The notes beneath the pieces are model-generated. The model saw only the letters and a list, made by a program, of their open reading frames with translations, was not told where the DNA came from and did no database searches. Of a stretch of DNA of 64,000 bases, positions 8,954 to 18,095 are shown piece by piece. The stretch is from IMG/VR virus record IMGVR_UViG_3300032268_000986, positions 278,866 through 342,865 of that record; one strand, given 5' to 3'. Every line of letters begins with the position of its first letter. Position 1 is the stretch's first letter. The translations under genes were made by a program, and so were the position numbers.

Positions 8954-9689
8954 ATTTCCACAAGTTTTTTATCAGCGGGTCACTGACTTGATGTGGCTTG
9001 GGAGTTCCGTGAAACACAATGACCGAAGCTTCAGGGTCAATCACAGCACCTGCACCGGGTTTGCTGAATGTGCGTGACGGAAATTGCATGCCACCGTCCT
9101 GTACCTGCCAGCGATAACTTTGCACATGTTTTTCAGGATAGAAGCGGCGTTTGTTGTGATCAATTACTGCACCAATGTAGTCTTGGTCCCCGGCATGTCG
9201 ACGCATGACATCTTCAAGGTTCTCGCCGCGAAACTTTTGCCACACCCAGTCAAACTGAACTGTGTTCCAGTACATGAGACTGCTGTTCATGCCCGAATAC
9301 CCAGTGCGTTGTAGATATCTAAAATCACGCAAGGTCCAAAAATAATCAGTATGGCCAGCTGTGGCCCAGGTCATGTCATTGAATACCACAACATCTAGGT
9401 CTAAATACAACAGAGGTCCTTGCCAGTGCTCACTGTTGAACAACTGCATCTTGTACCACCAGGACTTTTTGGGACCAGACACGCCGGCCCAGTCTTCTAA
9501 TATGTGTTTGATCATGTGTGGTGGTACTGATCGGTCATGTTCAGTGTACACATGCATGCGGGCACCACCTGGCAGCTGTCGGTTCAACATGCTGTGCAGT
9601 CGTTCCACATACTGCCAGTCGTATCCTGACCCGTGTATCACACAGGCACACTCGGTTACTCTAGGGCTGGTGCCAATCTTTTTAGCCAT
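8952..9689 (-). CDS. GT-A fold glycosyltransferase
   Basis: CVIHG..Y...YV.RL..M, WWYKMQLF, LYLDLD (DxD), GDQDYI, IVFHG.PKPH. Confidence 0.8.
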   Translation of the reverse strand: MAKKIGTSPRVTECACVIHGSGYDWQYVERLHSMLNRQLPGGARMHVYTEHDRSVPPHMIKHILEDWAGVSGPKKSWWYKMQLFNSEHWQGPLLYLDLDVVVFNDMTWATAGHTDYFWTLRDFRYLQRTGYSGMNSSLMYWNTVQFDWVWQKFRGENLEDVMRRHAGDQDYIGAVIDHNKRRFYPEKHVQSYRWQVQDGGMQFPSRTFSKPGAGAVIDPEASVIVFHGTPKPHQVSDPLIKNLWK

Positions 9690-10504
9690 AAACCTTGGGC
9701 AATTTCTTCAATGGTGTATTCAGTGTGTGCAATTTCAATCAACCAACGGTCACGATCAACTGTGTAGGGCTGGTTGATGTCTTGAATGGCCACGCTGACT
9801 GGATGTGCAAGACTGGACACATCCACCATGGGTCTTGCACCTGCCATGGCTGCTTGAACGCCTGGTCCTGAATTGTAGTTCAACACAGCATGATAACCAT
9901 AGTCAATGTTGAAACTGTCGTAGCTGCCGGGGATCTGTCGTGGATACTCAATCTCAGCACCACCGGGCAATAGAGTGATATCCAGGGGGCATCTGGGGTG
10001 TGGTCTTATCACAATGGGTCGGTCTGACACAGCACGTATTTCACGCACACGTTCGGCAATCCAGCGTTCTTGACAAGGAACATTGGCCAATTGCAGACTT
10101 TTTTTGTGTTGTGCGGCCACCAGTATGGCTGGTCGCAAATTGGGGTTGCGTTGCAGTTGCATGCCCAGTTGTCCGGGGCGGTCTGGATCTAGATCCTGCT
10201 GATGCCCGTAGTAGCCTTCGGCATTGATGTTGTTTACTGCTATTTTCCAAGTTGTGCCCCGTGATATTGCACCAACGTCAACTACTATGACAGGCCGTCC
10301 AGACTCACGATAGTGCTGATAAATGGCTTGATTTCCTGCCATGCGCCCGTTCCACAGCACACTCCAAACAATCACAGCATCAGCACTCATGCCACGTTCT
10401 TGTGCATGAATACCAGAGGATTTTAAACCAGCCAGTACAGCATCCATGACCGGGCGTGAATTTAATGCACAGTAAGAAGGAAAGTAGGCTACGGAACGGA
10501 TCAC
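9656..10504 (-). CDS. KpsS/capsule-synthesis-like GT-B glycosyltransferase (paralog 1)
   Basis: IVIRPHP and VLNYNSGPGVQAAMAG motifs, shared with three other genes in the block. Confidence 0.6.
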   Translation of the reverse strand: MIRSVAYFPSYCALNSRPVMDAVLAGLKSSGIHAQERGMSADAVIVWSVLWNGRMAGNQAIYQHYRESGRPVIVVDVGAISRGTTWKIAVNNINAEGYYGHQQDLDPDRPGQLGMQLQRNPNLRPAILVAAQHKKSLQLANVPCQERWIAERVREIRAVSDRPIVIRPHPRCPLDITLLPGGAEIEYPRQIPGSYDSFNIDYGYHAVLNYNSGPGVQAAMAGARPMVDVSSLAHPVSVAIQDINQPYTVDRDRWLIEIAHTEYTIEEIAQGLWLKRLAPALE

Positions 10505-10510
10505 TAAATA
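10504..10510 (+). promoter_or_regulatory. T4-type late promoter, leaderless
   Basis: CTAAATA, 5 nt, then ATG 10516; no SD. Confidence 0.65.
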
Positions 10511-10515
10511 TCCCT

Positions 10516-11316
10516 ATGAAATATAGTGTAGTTACCACTTTCAACGCAGAAGGTTATGAGAAATACGGGCGCAGAATGATTGAAACATTCATTCAAAACT
10601 GGCCTGCCACTGTGCAGTTGACCGTTTATGCCGAAGGCTGCAGAGTAAATGAAACGGCCGCCAACCTTGAAGTCTGTGACATTGCAGTGGTCACTGAACT
10701 CACTGCATTCAAGCAACAGTGGCAGGGCGTGGCCCGAGCCAACGGCGATGTCAGTGCTGATCCTGTTAGATCAAAACGTCGGGATGCCGGCAAAGGATTC
10801 AAGTGGGACGCTGTGAGATTTTCACACAAAGTCTACAGTATTTTTCACTGTGCAAAAAATACACACACTGACTGGTTAATTTGGATGGACGCAGACACTG
10901 TGTGTCACAGTCCCGTGACTGAACAGGATCTAACAAGACTATGTCCCGACAATCGAGATCTTTGTTTTCTTGGGCGCCGGGGCAAGTTCAGTGAGTGCGG
11001 ACTGTATGCAATGAATCTTGGCAGACCCAATACGAGAGATTTTTTAACTAAATTTCAAAAGTATTATGACGACGCTGAACAAGGAATTTTTACTCTAGAC
11101 GAATGGCATGACAGTTTTGTTTTTGATGCTGTTCGTCGGCAGACTAGTTTATACGAACTAGACTGGAGCAGTCATTTGATCACCGGAGAAGGTCATCCCT
11201 TGATCAATTCAGACTGGGGTGCATATCTAGATCATCTCAAAGGCAAGCGCAAGACCACAGGACGCAGTCCTGCCACAGACTTAAAAGTTCAACGAACCGA
11301 GGCATACTGGCAATGA
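10516..11316 (+). CDS. GT-A nucleotide-diphospho-sugar transferase
   Basis: Start revised to 10516 (MKYSVVTTF). Motifs RFSHKV, LIWMDADT (DxD), HDSFVFD, HLKG. Confidence 0.8.
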   Translation: MKYSVVTTFNAEGYEKYGRRMIETFIQNWPATVQLTVYAEGCRVNETAANLEVCDIAVVTELTAFKQQWQGVARANGDVSADPVRSKRRDAGKGFKWDAVRFSHKVYSIFHCAKNTHTDWLIWMDADTVCHSPVTEQDLTRLCPDNRDLCFLGRRGKFSECGLYAMNLGRPNTRDFLTKFQKYYDDAEQGIFTLDEWHDSFVFDAVRRQTSLYELDWSSHLITGEGHPLINSDWGAYLDHLKGKRKTTGRSPATDLKVQRTEAYWQ

Positions 11317-12113
11317 CCTGGATATTTCTCAACAAGAAAAACAGTGACGAGTACATAGAAATGTTTGCTCGTGGATGCAGTGCAGTGCCCACTGAGTTAG
11401 AAACCTGGCAGTACCAAGACAGTGATGCGCCCTTGGTGATCCGAGGCATCATGAAACACAAGATTATCAAACAGTGCTGGGCAGACAACCGACCATTCTG
11501 GTACATGGATTCCGGCTATGTTGGCAATAGACCCAGTACTCAAAATCCTCATGGTTGGAAACAGTGGCATAGGATAGTGCCCAACAACCTGCAACATGGT
11601 GCAGTGATCCCAAGGCCTGCTGATCGTTGGCAGCGGCATGACATTGCCATGCCTCGACGTCGGCATGGCAGCAAAATATTACTAGCAGCACCAGACGAAA
11701 AACCCTGTGTGTTTTATGACATCACTCTGTCTGACTGGATTGCACAAACCGTTGCCACAATCAAACAATACACTGACCGAGAAATTGTCATACGTGAGCG
11801 CAACCCCAATCGCCAGGCACGTGTGGCCAGTGACTTGCAATCAGCACTGATGGATGTGCATGCCGTGGTCACATTTAATTCTATTGCAGCCACCGAAAGT
11901 GTGCTGGCTGGTGTGCCGGCATTTGCTCTGGCACCGTCAAATGCTGCCATTCCAGTGTCCAACACTGACTTATCCAAAATCAACAACCCATGGTACCCTG
12001 ATCGAGATCAAATTCATGATTGGGCGTGCCATTTGGCCTATGGGCAGTTTCACAATTCTGAACTGCAGAATGGCACAGCGCACCGAATACTACAGGAGAC
12101 TCTCAATGCGTGA
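11313..12113 (+). CDS. KpsS/capsule-synthesis-like glycosyltransferase (paralog 2)
   Basis: YMDSGY, IVIRER, VVTFNSIAATESVLAGVP, W..HLAYGQF. Confidence 0.6.
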   Translation: MTWIFLNKKNSDEYIEMFARGCSAVPTELETWQYQDSDAPLVIRGIMKHKIIKQCWADNRPFWYMDSGYVGNRPSTQNPHGWKQWHRIVPNNLQHGAVIPRPADRWQRHDIAMPRRRHGSKILLAAPDEKPCVFYDITLSDWIAQTVATIKQYTDREIVIRERNPNRQARVASDLQSALMDVHAVVTFNSIAATESVLAGVPAFALAPSNAAIPVSNTDLSKINNPWYPDRDQIHDWACHLAYGQFHNSELQNGTAHRILQETLNA

Positions 12114-12756
12114 ACACTATGGCTGGTATTTCCCAGATGTTGACACACACTTTCCACAAATGCTAAAGAAAAGTGTTGATCGCGGTGGCCCCGCAGAATA
12201 TCAATTACCTGTGCGCCGTCGCAGTATTGAATTGTGTGCTGGACATGGCACTGCCTTGGACATTGGAGCCAATGTGGGCCTGTGGAGTCGTGACCTAGTG
12301 GACAACTTTTCCCAGGTGATTGCGTTTGAGCCCGTGGCCATCTTTAGAGAATGTCTGGAACGCAATGTGTCTGGCTCTAACTTTTCTATCAGCCCCTTGG
12401 CTCTGGGAAATCAAGAAACTCAGGCCACCATGATCATCACTCCAGGCAATACTGGACACAGTCACCTGGATCCTGCCAGCATGGGCACCGGTGATGTGAA
12501 AGTGGTGACTCTTGACAGCTTGAACATACCCAATGTTGACTATGTCAAGATTGACTGCGAAGGGTACGAGTATCGTGTGTTGCAAGGTGCAGAACAAACC
12601 ATTAAAACCTGTCGTCCTGTTGTGGTAGTGGAACAAAAACCGCATGCAGCCTACAGTGATCAATACGCACAGCATGCAGCCGTCGAGTTGCTGAAATCCT
12701 GGGGCATGACCCGGCTGGACCAAGTCAAGGATGACTGGATCATGGGATGGAACTGA
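12106..12756 (+). CDS. FkbM-family SAM methyltransferase
   Basis: Start revised to 12106 (MREHYGW, SD AGGAG). Motifs LDIGANVG, AFEP, VKIDCEGYE..VLQGA. Confidence 0.9.
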   Translation: MREHYGWYFPDVDTHFPQMLKKSVDRGGPAEYQLPVRRRSIELCAGHGTALDIGANVGLWSRDLVDNFSQVIAFEPVAIFRECLERNVSGSNFSISPLALGNQETQATMIITPGNTGHSHLDPASMGTGDVKVVTLDSLNIPNVDYVKIDCEGYEYRVLQGAEQTIKTCRPVVVVEQKPHAAYSDQYAQHAAVELLKSWGMTRLDQVKDDWIMGWN

Positions 12757-12783
12757 TAATAAAATTTTAAAATAGGAAATAGC

Positions 12784-13314
12784 ATGCCATCAAGTAATAA
12801 AGAAGGTAAGTCAGTGATAAGAGAATGGGTTACAGAATTTGGTCCTGACGTAAAAACTGTACTAGATCTTGGAGTCGGGAACGGAACTTATCATAGGCTG
12901 TATACCAGGAAGTCGCCAGCTCTTAAAGAAGCATACTGGATTGGCGTCGAGGCATGGGAGCCCTATATTCGTGAATTTGATTTGTTAACAAGATATAATA
13001 AGATTGTCAATGAAGATATTAGAACAGTAGATTTCAACACCTTGGGTCCAATCGATTTAGTGTTTGCAGGTGATGTATTGGAACATATAACCAAAGAAGA
13101 AGCAATTAAAGTAGTTGACAATCTATTAAAGGTTGCTAAGAAAATTATTGTTAGTATTCCTATTGTGCATTTTCCACAAGGCAAAGAAGAAGGAAATCCC
13201 TACGAAGCACATGTAAAGGATGATTGGTCACACACAGAAATGTTGGAAACTTTCCCTCAAATTAAACGATCATGGACCGGTAACATCATTGGAGTGTACC
13301 TATTAGAGTTATGA
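12784..13314 (+). CDS. Class I SAM-dependent methyltransferase (AT-rich)
   Basis: VLDLGVGNG, GDVLEH; visibly AT-richer than its neighbours. Confidence 0.85.
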   Translation: MPSSNKEGKSVIREWVTEFGPDVKTVLDLGVGNGTYHRLYTRKSPALKEAYWIGVEAWEPYIREFDLLTRYNKIVNEDIRTVDFNTLGPIDLVFAGDVLEHITKEEAIKVVDNLLKVAKKIIVSIPIVHFPQGKEEGNPYEAHVKDDWSHTEMLETFPQIKRSWTGNIIGVYLLEL

Positions 13315-14012
13315 AAGCATACATAATTAGACTGAAAAACAACGCCATGTCTGAGAAATACGCAGACCTTGGTGTTGCCCAGGCTCGCAAGTTTGGCATT
13401 GATGTTGAATACTTTGACGGCATCAACGGATTGGAATATCAACAGCATGTGACTGAATTGGGCATTGCGCCAAGATACAAATTCAAAAAAGGTCGAGCCG
13501 GGGTTTTTGGTTGCTTTCTAAGTCATTACTACCTATGGCAACAGTGTGCAGCAGGTGATCAGCCTTTTTTGATTCTTGAACACGACGGATATTTTGTCAA
13601 GACCTTGCCCAACAACATACTTGACACATTTACAGATGTGCTCAAACTTGATGATCAGGATCCTTATTCCAAGCACTACGACACCACAGTCACGTCTCAA
13701 CTCAATCAACCCGTAGTTGTAAACAAATATCACAACCCGCAAGCCAAGACTGTGAATGACGGATCAGATTTTGTTGACAAAATTGGCACAGGCAACTACA
13801 TTCGCGGCGCCTACAGTTACATCATCAAACCACATGCAGCACAACGGCTGATTGGCTGGATCAAACAAAATGGATTTGTTCCTGCCGATCAACAGATCGG
13901 CGATGCCGTGGTCGATATACAAGTAACCGTGCCCACCATAGCAAGGTTGCACCCTGACTATCACAACCGAATCAAAGAAATGTCTTTGACCGGGAATCCC
14001 GACCTGTTGTGA
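13311..14012 (+). CDS. GT25 (LPS biosynthesis Lex2B/LgtB-like) glycosyltransferase
   Basis: AYIIRL, FDGING, GCFLSHY.LW, LILEHD, AYSYII.P.AA..L, PAD. Confidence 0.85.
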   Translation: MKAYIIRLKNNAMSEKYADLGVAQARKFGIDVEYFDGINGLEYQQHVTELGIAPRYKFKKGRAGVFGCFLSHYYLWQQCAAGDQPFLILEHDGYFVKTLPNNILDTFTDVLKLDDQDPYSKHYDTTVTSQLNQPVVVNKYHNPQAKTVNDGSDFVDKIGTGNYIRGAYSYIIKPHAAQRLIGWIKQNGFVPADQQIGDAVVDIQVTVPTIARLHPDYHNRIKEMSLTGNPDLL

Positions 14013-14013
14013 T

Positions 14014-14958
14014 TTATTTTGTGCGATTTATTGTTTTGAGAAAAGGCAAAAACTTCTGATAGATGCTGCCATTACGAGCATCCTCATCGCTCCAATGTGC
14101 AGCCGCTAGATCATACACCCATTGAGTTCGATCAAACACCACCGGAGTGTTGATCTGAGAGATGTCATGGTTGGCCACTGCCCAGCTCACACAACTGCTG
14201 TCATCCGCAAACACTGGAACTCCGGCCAACACAGCAGCCACACTGGCCGAACTATTGAATACCACCGCGGCATGAGCATGAGAAAGATTGTCTTTTAGTG
14301 TTGCGGACAATGGGTCAAGTACATGCACGTTGAGCTGTCGACGATAATGCCGATTCCTAAAAATTGAAAAATCATCACTGGCATAGGTTCCTGGATGCGG
14401 TCGTATCATAATGGGTAGATCACTGTGTTGCCTTATCTCAGTGATCTTTTGATTGATCCAGGCTGTTGGATCCAGGGACTTCATTGCAAACCCACCATCT
14501 CGTTGCACACACAACAGTATGTAATTGCCAGACAACTTGGGAGGTGCCATGACAATGTTTAAATCACTGCTGATTCGTTGCCATTGGTCAGGACTGCTGT
14601 TGTGATTGGCATATTCGGCTTTGTCGTAGAACGGGCCTCCTAGACTGTAGCGCAAGTAACTGCCATGATCATCTAGATACTTGAAACAACTGGCATCAAT
14701 ACACATGGTATGCCGACCGGTTCGCCGTTGTTCAGCAATGATTTGTTTGCGTAGTTCAATGTTTCGGCCGCCAGTGTTGGTGGTAGCCCAGCCCAAGATC
14801 ACAGCCAAGTGACTGGGGGTATACCGATTTTCCCACTCTATTGCAACTGACGCTCCTTGGGCCCGTGCTCCTTCAGCAAAGGCTTCCAGGCATGCAATCT
14901 TGCGAGTGTGTTTGCGCGGGTTTGCCACCGAGCTGACATAAACAACAACATCAGCCAC
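14014..14958 (-). CDS. KpsS/capsule-synthesis-like glycosyltransferase (paralog 3)
   Basis: Start revised to GTG 14958, coupled to the upstream stop. Motifs IMIRPHPG, VVFNSSASVAAVLAGVP, W..DLAAAHW. Confidence 0.6.
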   Translation of the reverse strand: MADVVVYVSSVANPRKHTRKIACLEAFAEGARAQGASVAIEWENRYTPSHLAVILGWATTNTGGRNIELRKQIIAEQRRTGRHTMCIDASCFKYLDDHGSYLRYSLGGPFYDKAEYANHNSSPDQWQRISSDLNIVMAPPKLSGNYILLCVQRDGGFAMKSLDPTAWINQKITEIRQHSDLPIMIRPHPGTYASDDFSIFRNRHYRRQLNVHVLDPLSATLKDNLSHAHAAVVFNSSASVAAVLAGVPVFADDSSCVSWAVANHDISQINTPVVFDRTQWVYDLAAAHWSDEDARNGSIYQKFLPFLKTINRTK

Positions 14959-15937
14959 CGTTGAGAATTCTCCAAGCAGTTCCGTCTCGCATTTCTGGTT
15001 CAGTAAATTGACAATAAGACAAGTGTGCAGCCCAGGCCACAACTTCATCCAACGTGGGAATCTTGGGGGTTTCAATTTCACTCAGTGATTGGCTGCACAA
15101 GGCTGCGGCAGCATTAGGACCCAGTGTGATTGCTGGTTTGCCCAGTAACAATGCTTCCCCGGCTGCAATACTGGAAAATGTAACCAAGCAATGTACATCT
15201 CGGTCTAGTGCCATTTCCATAGTATCGTCGTTTACTCGTGTTGATCTACCTTGTTTAGTACGTATTACAATTTCTCGGTCAGTGTGTTGCTTGATTTCAT
15301 TGATGGTGGAATCCAACCAAGATTCAAGATTGATGTTATACAGATTCAAGAGTTTTTGACTGGGAGGAGCCAACAACACCTTGGACCCGGGTCTGAATTT
15401 TGTCAACTGTATTCCGGTGCGTTCCAGTCTGTCATGGGGCCTGTCTATGACTGGACCAAACTTTTGTACATCATTCAGTGTAACGCGATGAAACGTCTTC
15501 TTTTTGCCGTTGCCAAAATATCCAGTGTCAACGTAATAAAAATCACGATTGGCTGCTCGGCAGGCTGCCATTTCTTTCCTTTTGCTAATACCACGCAACA
15601 CACACGGTATCATGGAGTTAGCGTCCCGCTCCCAGCTACTGATTTGTCCGCCAGCTCCTTGCACAAAGCTCTGTAAAATAGGATCGTACATGTGCCCCTT
15701 TTCCTTGTATTTGACTTCGCCTGGATCTGACGCAATTGCCACCACTGTTTGCAATGCAACGGCGTTGCAGGACTGATGTATCTTGGCCGCGGTTATTCCA
15801 TAGTATGCGCCCGACGGATCCACACGGAACTTGAGGATATCTTCAAACAGTTGTCGCACATCTGGTGGCACCATGTCAAATGGCGACCTTGGCAATGGAG
15901 CCGGTTCTTGTTCTTGATCTTGATCTTGATCACTCAT
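14951..15937 (-). CDS. KpsS/capsule-synthesis-like glycosyltransferase (paralog 4)
   Basis: YYVDTGY, IVIRTK, LVTFSSIAAGEALLLGKP, W.AHLSYCQF; acidic low-complexity N-terminus. Confidence 0.6.
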   Translation of the reverse strand: MSDQDQDQEQEPAPLPRSPFDMVPPDVRQLFEDILKFRVDPSGAYYGITAAKIHQSCNAVALQTVVAIASDPGEVKYKEKGHMYDPILQSFVQGAGGQISSWERDANSMIPCVLRGISKRKEMAACRAANRDFYYVDTGYFGNGKKKTFHRVTLNDVQKFGPVIDRPHDRLERTGIQLTKFRPGSKVLLAPPSQKLLNLYNINLESWLDSTINEIKQHTDREIVIRTKQGRSTRVNDDTMEMALDRDVHCLVTFSSIAAGEALLLGKPAITLGPNAAAALCSQSLSEIETPKIPTLDEVVAWAAHLSYCQFTEPEMRDGTAWRILNGG

Positions 15938-16619
15938 GAGTTATTTGCTGACAATGCAGTGTGAGTTTGTGTTCTTGATGCCAGGCTTCATTCTGAGGAG
16001 TGTTGGCAAACTCATCAAAGCAGGGCGTTCCCAAGGTGTAGTGCAACAACTTGGCATTGGCATTGGGTCCAAACTCATCAGGTAACCAATTCCATTCTAT
16101 TGGCAGTTCACCGATGCGTGAATCATCGATCCAAGAAAATCTGTGCAGTTCTGCTCCGGTGGCCTTCTGCACGTATTCAGGAGTTAGTTTTCGATTTGGA
16201 AAACTGTTGCAGTTCCAGAGAATTACACTGCTCCAATTCTTGCGTGGGTAATCTTCGTTTTTGGCACCCAGGTACTTTGTTGGCATGCGTGTTTTATAGT
16301 TGTGTTTGACCACTTGCACATCCATGTAAGGATTTCTCATGTCCCAAAGTTCAGCAATGTCGCCACGCACAATCATGTCACCGTCGATAAAAATAGCCGA
16401 ACCAGTAAATCCCATCAGGTAAGGTACTAGGAAACGTGTGTAGATAAAGTGGTTGCTACCGTCGGTGTGTGTTTCGTCGTAATCTTTAAATAGATTAAGT
16501 GCCACTGGCACAATACTCACAGGACGACTTGCATTTCTAATAATACTGTTAACGCAGGTATGATATGCTATGGCCTCACGTGGATCATAGCCAATAAAAA
16601 TTGGTATGATCTCTTTCAT
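15930..16619 (-). CDS. GT-A (GT8-like) glycosyltransferase
   Basis: IFIGYDPRE, TRFLVP, FIDGDM (DxD), RKNWSS, LLHYTLGTP. Confidence 0.85.
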   Translation of the reverse strand: MKEIIPIFIGYDPREAIAYHTCVNSIIRNASRPVSIVPVALNLFKDYDETHTDGSNHFIYTRFLVPYLMGFTGSAIFIDGDMIVRGDIAELWDMRNPYMDVQVVKHNYKTRMPTKYLGAKNEDYPRKNWSSVILWNCNSFPNRKLTPEYVQKATGAELHRFSWIDDSRIGELPIEWNWLPDEFGPNANAKLLHYTLGTPCFDEFANTPQNEAWHQEHKLTLHCQQITHE

Positions 16620-17380
16620 CGACGCTCAATGTCCTCTTCAACACAATCTTCACCGTATTGAATTTCAATTAGTCGCAAGGGCTTGTCAGTTTCGTTGCAC
16701 AACTGGTGCCACTCGTTAAGTTTGATCCAAGTACTCTGATGACGGGCAGGACTGGCCATTAGATCACGATCAGTTGAGTGTGGATCCACGGTGTACACTG
16801 TGGCTTCACCTTCGGCCACAAACCAAAACTCAGCACGTTTTTCATGCCGTTGCATGCTCAAGCATGTCTTGGGACTCACAGTGAGTTCTTTGAGTTTGAC
16901 ATGATTTCCAACTTCGTGCAACACACGATAATAGCCCCAGGCACGACTGGTACGGGGTTTTTTCCAGTCTTCAAGTATCCAGCTAGAACTATTTTTCTTG
17001 TCCGCACCGCCAACACCAAACGCAAATGTCAATTGATCATCGACAACATCCATTTCTGGAATGTTCAGGTGTGTGCGATCACCACCATTGGCAAACACCA
17101 AGGTTGCGTCAGGGTAGTGTGCTCTGACTTGACGTATGAACTCCTTGGCCGAACCATCAGCATCGTCAAATGTGTACACTTCGTCCACCATGGCAAGATT
17201 GTTTATCACACACAATCTTTCTGTCCAGGGCATGAATGGGCGACCTTTTTTGCGTGTGAGCCATTCGTCTGAATTGAGTCCCACAATCAGCATGTCGCCT
17301 AGAGCGCGGGCAGCTTTGAAATACGCAATATGCCCAGAATGCAGCGGATCAAAGCCGCCAGTTACAAGTACAATTTTCAT
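16616..17380 (-). CDS. Cytidylyltransferase-family (RfaE-II/TagD-like) nucleotidyltransferase fused to a ManC-type C-terminal cupin
   Basis: Start revised to 17380 (MKIVLVTGGFDPLHSGH, HxGH). GLNSD, NGGDR, SSSWI; then WGYYRVL, LSMQRH..RAEFW, IEIQYG..C.E.DI.R. Confidence 0.85.
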   Translation of the reverse strand: MKIVLVTGGFDPLHSGHIAYFKAARALGDMLIVGLNSDEWLTRKKGRPFMPWTERLCVINNLAMVDEVYTFDDADGSAKEFIRQVRAHYPDATLVFANGGDRTHLNIPEMDVVDDQLTFAFGVGGADKKNSSSWILEDWKKPRTSRAWGYYRVLHEVGNHVKLKELTVSPKTCLSMQRHEKRAEFWFVAEGEATVYTVDPHSTDRDLMASPARHQSTWIKLNEWHQLCNETDKPLRLIEIQYGEDCVEEDIERR

Positions 17381-17400
17381 ACAGGTATTTACACCTGTAT
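17379..17400 (-). promoter_or_regulatory. Late promoter GTAAATA inside an 8-bp hairpin that masks the start codon
   Basis: Minus strand ATACAGGT-GTAAAT-ACCTGTAT-G; the 3' arm includes the AT of the ATG. Confidence 0.7.
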
Positions 17401-17841
17401 ATCTTCCATGCCAGCAGTTCTTAGACGAACCACATGGCCCATTTGCCACTGTTTGGTGTCCAGGCCTTTGAGGATGCCCAACCAGCGGTTGCGCAGATAT
17501 GCCACTTCGTTGATTATGGTTTCATAGTCAATTACTTCGTCTTCACCGTCCACGTACTTTTCAGCATCCCTGGATGTCAGTGCGCGAGCATATCCTTCAA
17601 GATACTTTTGAAAGTGTTTTCTGCGTATCTTACGCAACTGGATGTTAAGGTAATTGAGCACAGCTTCGATCTCTTGCAACTGATTGAATCTCTGCTCTGT
17701 GATACCTGGCAAGGCCGTGATGTTTTTCTCTACCAAGCCGCCAATCTTGCAGTCTTTTTTAGCTGACTCAAGTTCGTTCTCGTAGTGAGATATGAAATCA
17801 GGAATGAGTCCTAGATCAGCTACTACGCGACTGTACCACAT
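17389..17841 (-). CDS. uvsY: Recombination mediator UvsY
   Basis: 150 aa helical protein with YLEGYARALTSRDAEKYVDGE and LDTKQWQMGH; lies downstream of uvsX. Confidence 0.8.
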   Translation of the reverse strand: MWYSRVVADLGLIPDFISHYENELESAKKDCKIGGLVEKNITALPGITEQRFNQLQEIEAVLNYLNIQLRKIRRKHFQKYLEGYARALTSRDAEKYVDGEDEVIDYETIINEVAYLRNRWLGILKGLDTKQWQMGHVVRLRTAGMEDIQV

Positions 17842-18095
17842 CAGTTTTCCCAGTCATGGTCGTCTTCTTCTTCAACGTCGTCTTCTTCTTCGCTGCCTTC
17901 GTCATGCCCTTGATCCATGTAGTCAGTAAGAGCACGTTTGATATCCGAATCTCCCTTGAAGGCATCACGGATGTCTTCTACAGAACAATCATTGTCAACC
18001 ATGACTGATACCACAATGTCAGCAGCTTCGCTACGATCCACTGAGTTTATGTATCGCTTGAGCTCACTCCAAATTTCACTTACGATATGTTCCAT
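17841..18095 (-). CDS. Small acidic hypothetical protein
   Basis: 84 aa with an acidic tail, coupled between uvsX and uvsY. Confidence 0.75.
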   Translation of the reverse strand: MEHIVSEIWSELKRYINSVDRSEAADIVVSVMVDNDCSVEDIRDAFKGDSDIKRALTDYMDQGHDEGSEEEDDVEEEDDHDWEN

